Positions 27,727 to 36,941 of a stretch of DNA of 61,909 bases are shown here, piece by piece (the first letter of the stretch is position 1; each line of letters starts with the position of its first letter). The translations under genes and the position numbers were made by a program. The stretch is from an uncultured Candidatus Saccharibacteria bacterium (GTDB lineage Bacteria; Patescibacteriota; Minisyncoccia; 2-02-FULL-40-12; GWA2-44-9). The DNA is taken from positions 564 through 62,472 of the forward strand of contig CAZZGH010000001.1 in assembly GCA_964653875.1 (NCBI GenBank), in the 5' to 3' direction. The notes beneath the pieces were generated by a model, which saw only the letters and a program-made list of their open reading frames with translations, was not told where the DNA came from and did no database searches.

Positions 27727-28482
27727 TTATAACGAGTTGAGCAACTCTAATTCTTTTTTCCAATTATATTTCCAGTGAGAACAATTTTCTTTTAGCATCT
27801 CGTCCTCAAAACCGGGATGACAGCCAAGCTCAACTATTTGATCAGGATTATTGTAACTAATTTTTTCTGCTTTTAATATATCCCCACGGGTTAAATTGCC
27901 GGCATTGATAAAACCGACAAAATAATCATTATGCAAAAGTCCGGCTTTCTTAATTTTCGGTTTGGCAAGTTTTGACAAAAAATTCAAAAACAATAGCTGG
28001 ACATTCCTGGCCACCTTCCTTGTGCCAAAAGAAGTGGATTCATTAATCACTCTAACATACGGAATGCCGTATTTTTTTGCCAGCCCTATCATAATATCCA
28101 TTATGCCAGGCAAGAGATGGAGATGCTGATTGCCGTTTATAAAAGAGGGTTTTATTCCGGCTTGAATGCATTTTCTGATTTGTGCTTCCGCTTCTTCCTT
28201 AATATATTCCTTTTTTACCAAGCCCAATAAATATTTAAAAAAGAAAATCCTGTGATTTTTTGGCATTAACTTGCCTGATATTAGCGATCTTTCCTCCACA
28301 AAATTTATGTGAATCCCGATATTGGCACTAGGCACGCTTTTCAGTCTGGTTATCGCATCATCAAATGCGTTAGCATTAGTCATCAAAGACGCTCCTTCAA
28401 TTTTACCAGTTTTCAACAAAAAAATTATTCCGTCGTTAACGGATGTATGGAGGCCCAGATCATCAGCAATAATTCTCAACAT
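27727..28482 (-). CDS. YdjC/ChbG-family carbohydrate deacetylase
   Basis: The N-terminus RIIADDLGLHTSVNDGI is the YdjC signature (D-D-x-G), and HLHL occurs mid-protein. Confidence 0.8.
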   Translation of the reverse strand: MLRIIADDLGLHTSVNDGIIFLLKTGKIEGASLMTNANAFDDAITRLKSVPSANIGIHINFVEERSLISGKLMPKNHRIFFFKYLLGLVKKEYIKEEAEAQIRKCIQAGIKPSFINGNQHLHLLPGIMDIMIGLAKKYGIPYVRVINESTSFGTRKVARNVQLLFLNFLSKLAKPKIKKAGLLHNDYFVGFINAGNLTRGDILKAEKISYNNPDQIVELGCHPGFEDEMLKENCSHWKYNWKKELELLNSL

Positions 28483-28518
28483 TCAAAATTTAGAAATTAG
28501 TAATTAGAAATTAGAAAC

Positions 28519-29502
28519 TTATAACACATGTATTCCATACAGGCTTTTTTCTATCTTTTCTTTATCTACGTTGCAAGTATCGCTTACAATATAGAGGGGC
28601 CTGCCTTTCACTTCATGAAACATTTTATAGAGATACTCTCCGACGACTCCCAATACTATCATCTGCAAGCTTCCCAAGAATAAAATCAGTATAACAATGG
28701 TGGAATTGCCCTTATTAAGCGGGTCGGGGTTGGTGTAATGATCCCAAAAAACATAGCCAGAAAAGATAATGCTGAACATGAACACAATTAAACCAACACC
28801 AAACGCCAGTCTTAGGGGAAAGGCAGAAAACGAAGTTATTCCATTAATAACAAAACCAAACAGCAATCTTTTAAATGAATATTTTGATTGTCCGTGTTTT
28901 CTGGCCTCCGCCGTATAGGGTAAATATTTTTTATTAAAACCGACCCACTGAACCATTCCCCGCAAAAATCTTTCTTTCTCCGGCAACCGCTTAATGACTT
29001 TCAAAACCGGCCTTTTGTATAATGTAAAGTCTGAAACATTTTTGAATTCAAGATCGGTAACATAACTCAAAAATTTATAAAATACCTTGCCCACATTCTC
29101 TCTGATAAAAGAATTTTGTTCGTTTGTGATTCGTTCTCCAATAACAATATCCGATCCGCCTTCGGCGTGTTTTATAAATTCTGGAATAATTCTGGGCGGA
29201 TGCTGCAAATCGCTGTCCATAGTTATAATAAGATCGCCCGCGGCAACATCCATACCGGCACTCAGAGCCGCTTGATGGCCGAAATTACGGGAAAAGCGCA
29301 ATACTTTTATTCGAGGGTCTTTGGAAGCGAATTGACTTAAAATTTCCGGGGTTTTGTCGTAAGAATTATCATCCACAAAAATTATTTCATAATTCTTATT
29401 TAGAGAGTCGCAAACAGAATAAAGCTCCCCCACCAATACCGGGAGAGTCTCCTCTTCATTAAAAACCGGTAAAACCAAAGATAAATCTATGTTTTTCGAC
29501 AT
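28519..29502 (-). CDS. polyprenyl-phosphate glycosyltransferase, GT2 (ArnC/GtrB/DPM1-like) with two C-terminal TM helices
   Basis: LSLVLPVFNEE, VDDNSYDKT, MDSDLQHPP, and C-terminal hydrophobic helices. ATG at 29502 is preferred over TTG 29505. Confidence 0.85.
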   Translation of the reverse strand: MSKNIDLSLVLPVFNEEETLPVLVGELYSVCDSLNKNYEIIFVDDNSYDKTPEILSQFASKDPRIKVLRFSRNFGHQAALSAGMDVAAGDLIITMDSDLQHPPRIIPEFIKHAEGGSDIVIGERITNEQNSFIRENVGKVFYKFLSYVTDLEFKNVSDFTLYKRPVLKVIKRLPEKERFLRGMVQWVGFNKKYLPYTAEARKHGQSKYSFKRLLFGFVINGITSFSAFPLRLAFGVGLIVFMFSIIFSGYVFWDHYTNPDPLNKGNSTIVILILFLGSLQMIVLGVVGEYLYKMFHEVKGRPLYIVSDTCNVDKEKIEKSLYGIHVL

Positions 29503-29534
29503 CAAAGTATATTACCATAAAAATACAGTTTTGT

Positions 29535-31187
29535 CTATATTCTTGAACAATCAAATACATAGGATTCTATTTTCTTATCTTGGAATTTTTTCAACAAAGA
29601 GCATCGGGTTATCAACGGCCAGTATCGGTCATTTTTATCAATAGCCGGAAAATCCACTATCATGTAGTGTCCCTTAAAAGTTGCCATCTTTTTCGTATAA
29701 TCTCTTTCCGGAGCCGTATAAAATCTGGATCCGTATTTACCGCTTTTTTTGAGATCATATGGCGCAATATCGTTATAGGTTATGACTTTTGTTATCGACG
29801 GCTCATTCAAAACATAGTTTAGCGTCTGACGAACTACTCTGTCCGGACTGCCATACAGGTCGCCACGCAAAAGCTCGTTTGCAAAAATAATATTATAGCC
29901 AAAACCGAATACTACAAATAGCGCAAAAATATAAGTGTTATATCTAGTTTGTCTTATTAATAAATAGCCCCCCAAAAGCGCGGCCGCGACAACCCACGAC
30001 CACAAAATAAACTGCGCCGAGAAATAAAACCCTATCGGCCCCGACCCGCTTGAAAAAGGAATTAAAAAATCAAAATTTAATTCTTTGACGTGATTAATGT
30101 AAGCGATTTTCGGATTTAACGGCAAAACGTCGTTAACTCTCAAAAGTATAATAAAAGCAAAGGCCAAGAAGACGCCAAGACCGACAACAAGTCCCCTAAA
30201 CAGGTGTTTCAAATTTTTCTTTTTATAAAAATAATACAACACATCACCGGTTATAATAACTGCAGGGACTATCAAAAACATGAAATAGCGTTCTATTGTT
30301 AATTTGGCAAAATCAATTAGCACCAGATAAAAAAGCAAATTAATAAAAACATAAAGATACCAAAATCTTTGCCTGTCTCTAATTTCTTTTATAAACAAGC
30401 CAACGAGCGCGGGCAGAGTTAACAAGGGGGACAACCAGACAAATGATTTGATAACCTTGAAAACAAGGTCAAGATAGGCCCTAGAGGCAAAATCAAAAGA
30501 CTTAAAATTCATCGCGTAATCTATTACCGCATGAAGGCGGGAATAATAAAAATAAAACAGCACAACCATCAACGCCAATATCGGTATACTCATTTTCAAA
30601 GCCCGCTTTATTACATTCAAAAAATTGTCCTTATGCTCATCACGCAAAACGAATACATAGTCCAACATCAACGCCGCCAGAAATAAGACAAAACTTGTCT
30701 TGGTAAATAATCCCCCGACGACGGCAACGCCTAACAAAAAAAGAGAACGTTTTTGGTGTTCTTTTTTGATAAAATTAGAGTACCCATAATAGCCTAGGAG
30801 AATGAAGAAGGGTAATATTGCCCCATCCATATCGACTTGAAGTCCGGCAACCAAGCCATAAACATTAACGGTAAAAAGAGTAATTGCGGTTAAAGCCGCT
30901 TTTTTATTCCCGGAAATATTTTTGACTACCAGATATATCAACCATAGATTAAGGAAACTGAAGAACACGGACAAAATTCTAAGATTATTAAAACCGACAA
31001 TGGCTCCGGTTAATTTCATCAGAATTAACGTCAAAGGCGGATGAGGAACATCTTCTCGCACTGTTTCGTCAGCCAATTGCACCCACCTGTGCTCATCCTG
31101 ATGGTAAACGAAATCAACACCCGAAAATCGCGTCACCAAGAAAATAATAATTACAACCAGAAAAGCCGCCTTATACTTTTTGCTCAT
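29535..31187 (-). CDS. GT-C-fold membrane glycosyltransferase (ArnT/PMT, GT39/83-like)
   Basis: 550 aa and polytopic. The first-loop acidic motif YHQDEHRW...VPHPPLTLILMKL resembles the DE...HPPL of ArnT/PMT_2. Confidence 0.65.
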   Translation of the reverse strand: MSKKYKAAFLVVIIIFLVTRFSGVDFVYHQDEHRWVQLADETVREDVPHPPLTLILMKLTGAIVGFNNLRILSVFFSFLNLWLIYLVVKNISGNKKAALTAITLFTVNVYGLVAGLQVDMDGAILPFFILLGYYGYSNFIKKEHQKRSLFLLGVAVVGGLFTKTSFVLFLAALMLDYVFVLRDEHKDNFLNVIKRALKMSIPILALMVVLFYFYYSRLHAVIDYAMNFKSFDFASRAYLDLVFKVIKSFVWLSPLLTLPALVGLFIKEIRDRQRFWYLYVFINLLFYLVLIDFAKLTIERYFMFLIVPAVIITGDVLYYFYKKKNLKHLFRGLVVGLGVFLAFAFIILLRVNDVLPLNPKIAYINHVKELNFDFLIPFSSGSGPIGFYFSAQFILWSWVVAAALLGGYLLIRQTRYNTYIFALFVVFGFGYNIIFANELLRGDLYGSPDRVVRQTLNYVLNEPSITKVITYNDIAPYDLKKSGKYGSRFYTAPERDYTKKMATFKGHYMIVDFPAIDKNDRYWPLITRCSLLKKFQDKKIESYVFDCSRI

Positions 31188-31926
31188 AATCAGATTCGGT
31201 TTTTTCTAAAATAGCCAATATTGAAACCCCAAACGGAAAATTAACAAATTTTAATAAATATGTCTCAAGATTAAATAAAAAGTAAAACAAAGCGCTTAAT
31301 ACCCGATTATCAATTTCAAAATCCGATTCTCTCTTTTTTAAATTTAACCACCTAGATAAAACTCTAACGATAGCAATCGGCGCAAATAAGAATGTATTGA
31401 AATGTGTCTTGCGGATAATTTTAAAATTACCAACCCGTTTAATTATGCCCGTCAGACCAGGCATTGTATATCTCCTGAAATGGTGGGCAATCTCGTCCTG
31501 AACGCCCCACATCCATTGATATGCCGGAACAGTAATAATGGCTATTCCCCCTGGTTTTAAGGCCCTTTTTAGGGCTTTAATGGCCTCAAGGTCGTCTTTT
31601 GTATGCTCAATGACGTCTAAGGCCAAAATCAGGTCAAATCCCCCTTCCGGAAAAGAAATCCCGCCCTCATGGGCTACTGATAAATTACGTATGCCATTAG
31701 CTAAACCAAACTCGATAGCTTCAGCCGAAACATCGGCTCCAGATGCATTATACCCAATTTTTTGCAATTCCCCCACCAAATATCCCGATCCGCACCCAAA
31801 ATCAAAAACTTTGGAACCAGGTTTAGCATATTTTTTCACAAAGAAAGTCAGTATTTTTTTCCTAACCCGAAAAAACCAGTGCTTCCTTTCCAGGATAAAA
31901 TAATTTTTATAATAACTCTTTTCCAC
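31171..31926 (-). CDS. class I SAM-dependent methyltransferase
   Basis: VFDFGCGSGYL, LILALDVIEH, LKPGGIAIITVP. GTG start. Overlaps both neighbouring genes. Confidence 0.8.
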   Translation of the reverse strand: MEKSYYKNYFILERKHWFFRVRKKILTFFVKKYAKPGSKVFDFGCGSGYLVGELQKIGYNASGADVSAEAIEFGLANGIRNLSVAHEGGISFPEGGFDLILALDVIEHTKDDLEAIKALKRALKPGGIAIITVPAYQWMWGVQDEIAHHFRRYTMPGLTGIIKRVGNFKIIRKTHFNTFLFAPIAIVRVLSRWLNLKKRESDFEIDNRVLSALFYFLFNLETYLLKFVNFPFGVSILAILEKTESDYEQKV

Positions 31927-32803
31927 TTAAATATGAGGCTATGTCTGACAGGGCCTCTGGTAATATAAGACCCAGTGATAACGCCTTGTTCACATTAAGC
32001 CACATTTCTTTCGGTCGCTCTGCTACTTGATTTTCACTGTCCATGCTAATTAAGTCAAGATTACCAGAATAATTAGGAAAAAACTTTTTAACCTCCAAAC
32101 CTACGTCAGCTTTTGAGACTACGTCACGACTGCCCAAATGGATAATTCCGCCATCAAGTAGGGGTGTAGCTTTTGAAATCATTGTAGATAAAGTGGTTAT
32201 CGTTAAGGGATTTATCATGGCATCGGTAAAGAGGTTGATATTTCGATTGTTTTTAAAAGAATCAACAAGCCACTCCAAAAAACTTGCCGGTTTTCTCCTT
32301 GCAGAATGAAGACCAATCGGAACGGTTCTAACAACTAATCCCTTCTTGTATTCAAGAACATGGTTTTCTCCTTGGACTTTAGAAAAATTATAATAATTTA
32401 TCGGATTTGTTTTATCCGACTCTTCGTAATTTCCTTTCTTGCCGTCAAAAACAGACGGGGTAGAGATATAGAAAAGTTTCGATTTCGTATGGCAAGCAAG
32501 TTCGCAAATATTTTTGGTTCCATCAATATTTACCGCCTTGCATAATTCTTTATTTTTCTCGCATAGATCAACATTAGTGATGGCCGCGCAATGCACAATC
32601 AGGGATGGAAATTTAATGTGATCTTTTAAAGACAGGGTGGCCTTTCTACTGGAAATATCGCATTTGATTTTGGTTACATCTGTTGTGATCAACTCCGGAT
32701 TTTGGTTAAAGACAGCCAACACTTCATGGCCTTGGTCTTTAAATGTTTGCGCAAGTTGAGAACCTAAAAGTCCGCTTGCACCGATAACTATGGTTTGAAC
32801 CAT
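31907..32803 (-). CDS. NAD(P)-dependent sugar reductase (RmlD/CapF N-domain-like SDR)
   Basis: IVIGASGLLGSQL Rossmann start, 298 aa, directly downstream of the CapE-like gene. Confidence 0.7.
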   Translation of the reverse strand: MVQTIVIGASGLLGSQLAQTFKDQGHEVLAVFNQNPELITTDVTKIKCDISSRKATLSLKDHIKFPSLIVHCAAITNVDLCEKNKELCKAVNIDGTKNICELACHTKSKLFYISTPSVFDGKKGNYEESDKTNPINYYNFSKVQGENHVLEYKKGLVVRTVPIGLHSARRKPASFLEWLVDSFKNNRNINLFTDAMINPLTITTLSTMISKATPLLDGGIIHLGSRDVVSKADVGLEVKKFFPNYSGNLDLISMDSENQVAERPKEMWLNVNKALSLGLILPEALSDIASYLSGKELL

Positions 32804-32804
32804 A

Positions 32805-33860
32805 TTATTTATAAAAGTTACCCTTTCTAAGAAGACTTAGCTCTTTTTTGATTTCCGGCAGAGACAACAGAAGTTTCTTAACTCCTTGAACGGTTAATCT
32901 AACAGTATTGGCGGAAGTGTATCCTTCAACTGGAATGTCGAGCCTGTTTTCGCCTTTGAAAAAATACTCTCTCGGATCAATATTTGGCAGTTCGGGTAAA
33001 ATCTTATAGTAATTCCCCATATCACTAGTCCGTCTAAGTTCTTCTGATGAAATAAGCGTCTCATGGGTTTTTTCTCCGGGTCTAATTCCTATATACTTAA
33101 TTCCTTTTTTATATTTAAACAGCTCCACTAAGGCCTGGGCAATATCGCCTACCGTGGCTGCGGGAGATTTGCGTACATAAATTTCCCCGTTTTTTCCATT
33201 GACAAGGGCAAAGAGAACCAAATCCACCGAATCATCCAGGGACATCATAAATCTCGTCATGTCCTTATTTGTCACCGAGAGGGGTTGTCTTGCTTTCATT
33301 TGGTTTACAAAGAACGGGATTACTGATCCGCGTGTGTATATTACATTGCCATAACGAGTACCGGACAAGGTCGTTTTGCCCCTTTCTTGGCGAGAAGCGG
33401 CAATCATGGTTCTTTCGGCCAGCGCTTTGGACATTCCCATCACGCTTACTGGGTAAACGGCTTTGTCTGTGCTCAATAAAACTAAATTCTTTACTCCATT
33501 ATCAATAGCGGCATTGATTACGTTGAATGAGCCGAGAATATTGGTTTGTACTGCCTCTGTCGGGAAAAATTCACAATTTGGAACTTGTTTCAATGCGGCC
33601 GCGTGAAAAACCATATCCACTCCATGCAAAGCATGTTCTATTGATTGCCTGTGGCGAACATCCCCAATGATAAACCTAAGGCGGTCATTGTTAAACTTAT
33701 TATTCATGTCAAATTGTTTTTTCTCGTCCCGACTAAAAACAACCACCCTCTTGGGGTTATAACTTAATAGTTTATTAACAACTTCCTCGCCAAAAGAGCC
33801 GGTTCCACCGGTAACCAAAACTGTCTTGTCTCTTAAAACTCGCTTGAGATCTGTTACCAT
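32805..33860 (-). CDS. capE: UDP-N-acetylglucosamine 4,6-dehydratase/5-epimerase (CapE/FnlA/WbjB family)
   Basis: Near-collinear with S. aureus CapE: TGGTGSFG, FSRDEKKQ, FHAAALKQVPNCEFFP, SVMGMSK (Met-Lys in place of Tyr-Lys), GTRYGNV..RGSVIPFF, MTRFMMSLDDSVDLV. Confidence 0.85.
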   Translation of the reverse strand: MVTDLKRVLRDKTVLVTGGTGSFGEEVVNKLLSYNPKRVVVFSRDEKKQFDMNNKFNNDRLRFIIGDVRHRQSIEHALHGVDMVFHAAALKQVPNCEFFPTEAVQTNILGSFNVINAAIDNGVKNLVLLSTDKAVYPVSVMGMSKALAERTMIAASRQERGKTTLSGTRYGNVIYTRGSVIPFFVNQMKARQPLSVTNKDMTRFMMSLDDSVDLVLFALVNGKNGEIYVRKSPAATVGDIAQALVELFKYKKGIKYIGIRPGEKTHETLISSEELRRTSDMGNYYKILPELPNIDPREYFFKGENRLDIPVEGYTSANTVRLTVQGVKKLLLSLPEIKKELSLLRKGNFYK

Positions 33861-33883
33861 AGGTCAAAATAATACAATATTTA

Positions 33884-34900
33884 TCAGGTTTTTACAAGGC
33901 CGGCTATTTTTATTATTTCTCCAATTCTTTTGATGTAGGTGTGGTCTTTCTTGGCTCTGTTAAATCCTGCTTCGGCAATTTTTAATCTTTCCTCTTCGTG
34001 ATTTAAATAATATTCCACCTTTTGGCGCACATCATCAACCCCAGAAAAAGAAATAAATTCTTTCCCATCCTCGAAAATATTAAAAATATCCTTTCTGTCA
34101 TCACGATTTAGTAGCATAGCTCCTGCCGATGTGGCCTCAAATGTCCTTAAATTTACCCCCGTTCCCAATACTTCTCTTGAAATATCGGCATTAATTACAA
34201 TTTTACTGTTCCTATAAATATTTTGGATATCTCCGGTTCTTACTCGCCCTTTATAATAATTTTTCAAGGAGGTGTTCAGCCAGGCCTCATTCCCCCAAAG
34301 ACACAAGCCCAGGTCTTTGATTTCGTTTAAAATATGTTCGCGTTCGCCATATAACTTCTGGTCATAAGTTCCAATAAAAGAAATCTCATAAAGATATTTT
34401 TCAGGTCTCGCCCATTGGTCATTTTCGTTTAAATCAGCCGAGAACGGAACATACAAGGCATTTTTAAATCCTTCTTTTTTCATCATTTCTACCACATAAG
34501 GGTCATAGTTAACAAAATAATCATAGCATGGTGCGATTTTTTTAATTAAATCCCACTGATCCATTGTCTCCGGGTAGTAATTAATTGCGGGACAGATCTT
34601 TCTTAAAAAACTTAAAGTTTCAGGATAAAGATTGGGAGCTTTTACAGCAAAGACACAATCGGGTTTAACCTTTATAGCTTGGCCGAGTATTTTTTTATTT
34701 ATTTTTTGTTTGGCATATTTTTTAAAACGGCCATACATTGGCAAAGTTTTTGCCAAACGGTGAATTATGCTATCAGGATTAGTGGTAAAGTTGCCACGAT
34801 AGTCAATTGTAAATACGTTAAATCCATGAAATTCAAACGCACTGCGTAACGGGGCATACATGGTCGAAGAAACCGGCGCAATTAATAGTATTTTGTTCAT
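33884..34900 (-). CDS. CgeB-like/DUF3880-type glycosyltransferase
   Basis: C-terminal NLRTFEATSAGAMLLN...FISFSGVDDVRQKVEYYLNHEEERLKIAEAG is typical of the CgeB-family Glyco_trans_1_2 domain. Confidence 0.55.
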   Translation of the reverse strand: MNKILLIAPVSSTMYAPLRSAFEFHGFNVFTIDYRGNFTTNPDSIIHRLAKTLPMYGRFKKYAKQKINKKILGQAIKVKPDCVFAVKAPNLYPETLSFLRKICPAINYYPETMDQWDLIKKIAPCYDYFVNYDPYVVEMMKKEGFKNALYVPFSADLNENDQWARPEKYLYEISFIGTYDQKLYGEREHILNEIKDLGLCLWGNEAWLNTSLKNYYKGRVRTGDIQNIYRNSKIVINADISREVLGTGVNLRTFEATSAGAMLLNRDDRKDIFNIFEDGKEFISFSGVDDVRQKVEYYLNHEEERLKIAEAGFNRAKKDHTYIKRIGEIIKIAGLVKT

Positions 34901-36000
34901 GGCCTATTTATTTTTGGTTTATAAAAATCGGCAATTTTATTGCAGATAAATTTAATATCTGAGTCTTTGAGAAAAGATGATGATGGCAACCATAAACCAT
35001 GCTGTCCGGCATAAGTCGCCATAGGAAAACTTCCCCGAACACGTTTAAAGATTGGCTGACTGTGAAGCGCCGGATAAAAAATCCTCGAACCGATGTTACT
35101 GTCTTTTAAATGCTTCTGCAGCGCCAACGGATCGGGGACAATAACATCGATAAACCACGGGGAAACATCATTTAGATCCGTCCCGATAAGCTTAACCTCA
35201 TTCACGCCAGTCAAATATTTTTTATAAAGCAAATAAATGTCTTTTTTTAATTTAGTTCTTTGAGGTAGCTTTTTCATTTGTTCTATTCCAAAAACAGCCT
35301 GTAAGTCGGTAAACTTAAAGTTCCAGCCGATATCGTCATGCCAGTCAATTCCGGCTCCAACTCTGCCGAAATCTTTTAGTTTTTCTATTTTGTCATAGAC
35401 ATCCTTATTATCAGTAACAAGAGCCCCGCCCTGACCGGTGGTAATAATCTTGGGAACACTGAAAGAAAAACTCCCAATAACGCCGTGCCTGCCCAAATGT
35501 TTGTTGTTGTAAAACGACCCCAGTGATTGAGCTGCATCCTCCACTAAATATATTTCTTTATCTTTACATAACTTTTTGAGTTTATTTAAGTCCCCAGCTC
35601 GACCATTAATTGATACATGGATTACGGCTTTTGTTTTGGCGGTTATGGCTTTTTTTACAAGTTCCGTATTTAAACACAAAGAATCATTAACATCCACAAA
35701 AACTGGTTTCGCGCCCGCCATTACTACCGAATTTGGCGTAGCGATCATGGTATAATCGGGCACAATAACTTCATCGCCCGCTTTAATTCCAAGGGCTTTT
35801 AAGGCCAGGAACAAACTGACTGTCCCGTTCGATACGACACTGCAATATTTTGCCCCAGTATAGTCGCAAATCATTTTTTCGAACTCTTCAGTTTTTTTAA
35901 ATTCCATCAACCATCCGCCCGAATTTAAATAATCGAGAATTGCCTTCTTTTCTTCCTTACCATACCATGGCTCCATTTGATTTATATTTTTAACTTTCAT
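34897..36000 (-). CDS. DegT/DnrJ/EryC1/StrS-family PLP-dependent sugar aminotransferase
   Basis: SNGTVSLFLALKALGI, VEDAAQSLGS and SFSVPKIITTGQGGAL, with the Schiff-base Lys retained. Confidence 0.85.
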   Translation of the reverse strand: MKVKNINQMEPWYGKEEKKAILDYLNSGGWLMEFKKTEEFEKMICDYTGAKYCSVVSNGTVSLFLALKALGIKAGDEVIVPDYTMIATPNSVVMAGAKPVFVDVNDSLCLNTELVKKAITAKTKAVIHVSINGRAGDLNKLKKLCKDKEIYLVEDAAQSLGSFYNNKHLGRHGVIGSFSFSVPKIITTGQGGALVTDNKDVYDKIEKLKDFGRVGAGIDWHDDIGWNFKFTDLQAVFGIEQMKKLPQRTKLKKDIYLLYKKYLTGVNEVKLIGTDLNDVSPWFIDVIVPDPLALQKHLKDSNIGSRIFYPALHSQPIFKRVRGSFPMATYAGQHGLWLPSSSFLKDSDIKFICNKIADFYKPKINRP

Positions 36001-36563
36001 GCTTTTTTAGCTTCTAAATTCAAGCTGATTAAAATACCGTTCTTTTTGTCAAGGTGAGGAATATATGCCTGTGAATGATCGTCATAATTCTTATGAATCG
36101 TTTTCTCCCAATCGTATCTTCGAATATTCTTAAATCCGGCCATTTGCAGCATTTTTTTCAAGGATTTAAAATCATAAACTGTCTTGTGATAAATTACCCT
36201 GCTTTCTTTGTCTTTTTCCTTAATGATCATGCGGCCGAAAAGAGGTCCTAAAATACCTTTGTGTTCAATGTCTTTTCTGTATTTTAAATAAACGTGGGTT
36301 ATTGCTTCAAAATCAGGAACGGCAATTCTTAGAATGCCTCCGGGCTTTAAAACGCGATGCCATTCTTTCAAAACCTTCTCTCCTTCCTGTCTGTCGAAAT
36401 ATTCAAAACTATGGGAAGTGTAAATTAAATCCACCGATTTGTCGGAAAACATCGGCAAGTCAGCTATATTGTGCTTGTAAGCCAGGTGTGGATAGTCATC
36501 CAGGTCAATATGAATAAAACCCGGAATAAATCTTTTTCCAGACCCTAAATAAAGTTTAATCAT
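35997..36563 (-). CDS. SAM-dependent methyltransferase (Methyltransf_11-like)
   Basis: LYLGSGKRFIPGFIHIDL, LKPGGILRIAVPD. Confidence 0.7.
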   Translation of the reverse strand: MIKLYLGSGKRFIPGFIHIDLDDYPHLAYKHNIADLPMFSDKSVDLIYTSHSFEYFDRQEGEKVLKEWHRVLKPGGILRIAVPDFEAITHVYLKYRKDIEHKGILGPLFGRMIIKEKDKESRVIYHKTVYDFKSLKKMLQMAGFKNIRRYDWEKTIHKNYDDHSQAYIPHLDKKNGILISLNLEAKKA

Positions 36564-36940
36564 AGTAAGATCTTGTCTTCAATAAATGGACCGTTTTTTA
36601 GCTCTATTATTTCTGCGTCTTCCAAGATATGGATGCCAAGGCCGGCGTTTATTAGAATAAGGAGATCTCCTGTCTTCATGATTAATTTCTTGAACATTTT
36701 CTTATCGGGACCGTATAAATCAATTTTGATCTTTCCTTTTTTAACAATTAGACACTCCTGCATTTTTTCGGTCTGTCTTTTGGTGGGTTTGTGAGTATGA
36801 GCCACCAGGTATTTACCCTTTGAATGTTTCAGGGTTACCAGCTGAAGCGGTTCTTTGCCGTCAGTCTGAGGAATACTGCCACGAGGAAAACGGCCAAGAA
36901 AAATAGCTACTAATTTATTTTTATATTTTATTTCAGCCAT
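36560..36940 (-). CDS. small cupin-fold protein (WbuC/CapF C-domain-like)
   Basis: 126 aa with H-T-H...E..L-x-G beta-barrel motifs (VAHTHKP, CLIVKKGKIKIDL). Sits in an L-FucNAc-type gene context. Confidence 0.45.
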   Translation of the reverse strand: MAEIKYKNKLVAIFLGRFPRGSIPQTDGKEPLQLVTLKHSKGKYLVAHTHKPTKRQTEKMQECLIVKKGKIKIDLYGPDKKMFKKLIMKTGDLLILINAGLGIHILEDAEIIELKNGPFIEDKILL

Positions 36941-36941
36941 A

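Noticed and set aside
28483-28518. Short run of TTAGAAA/TTAGTAA-like units between two genes, considered as a possible CRISPR or tandem repeat
   Set aside because: It is only about 35 bp of degenerate AT-rich low complexity, with no spacer-repeat organisation. No CRISPR-like array occurs anywhere in the window.
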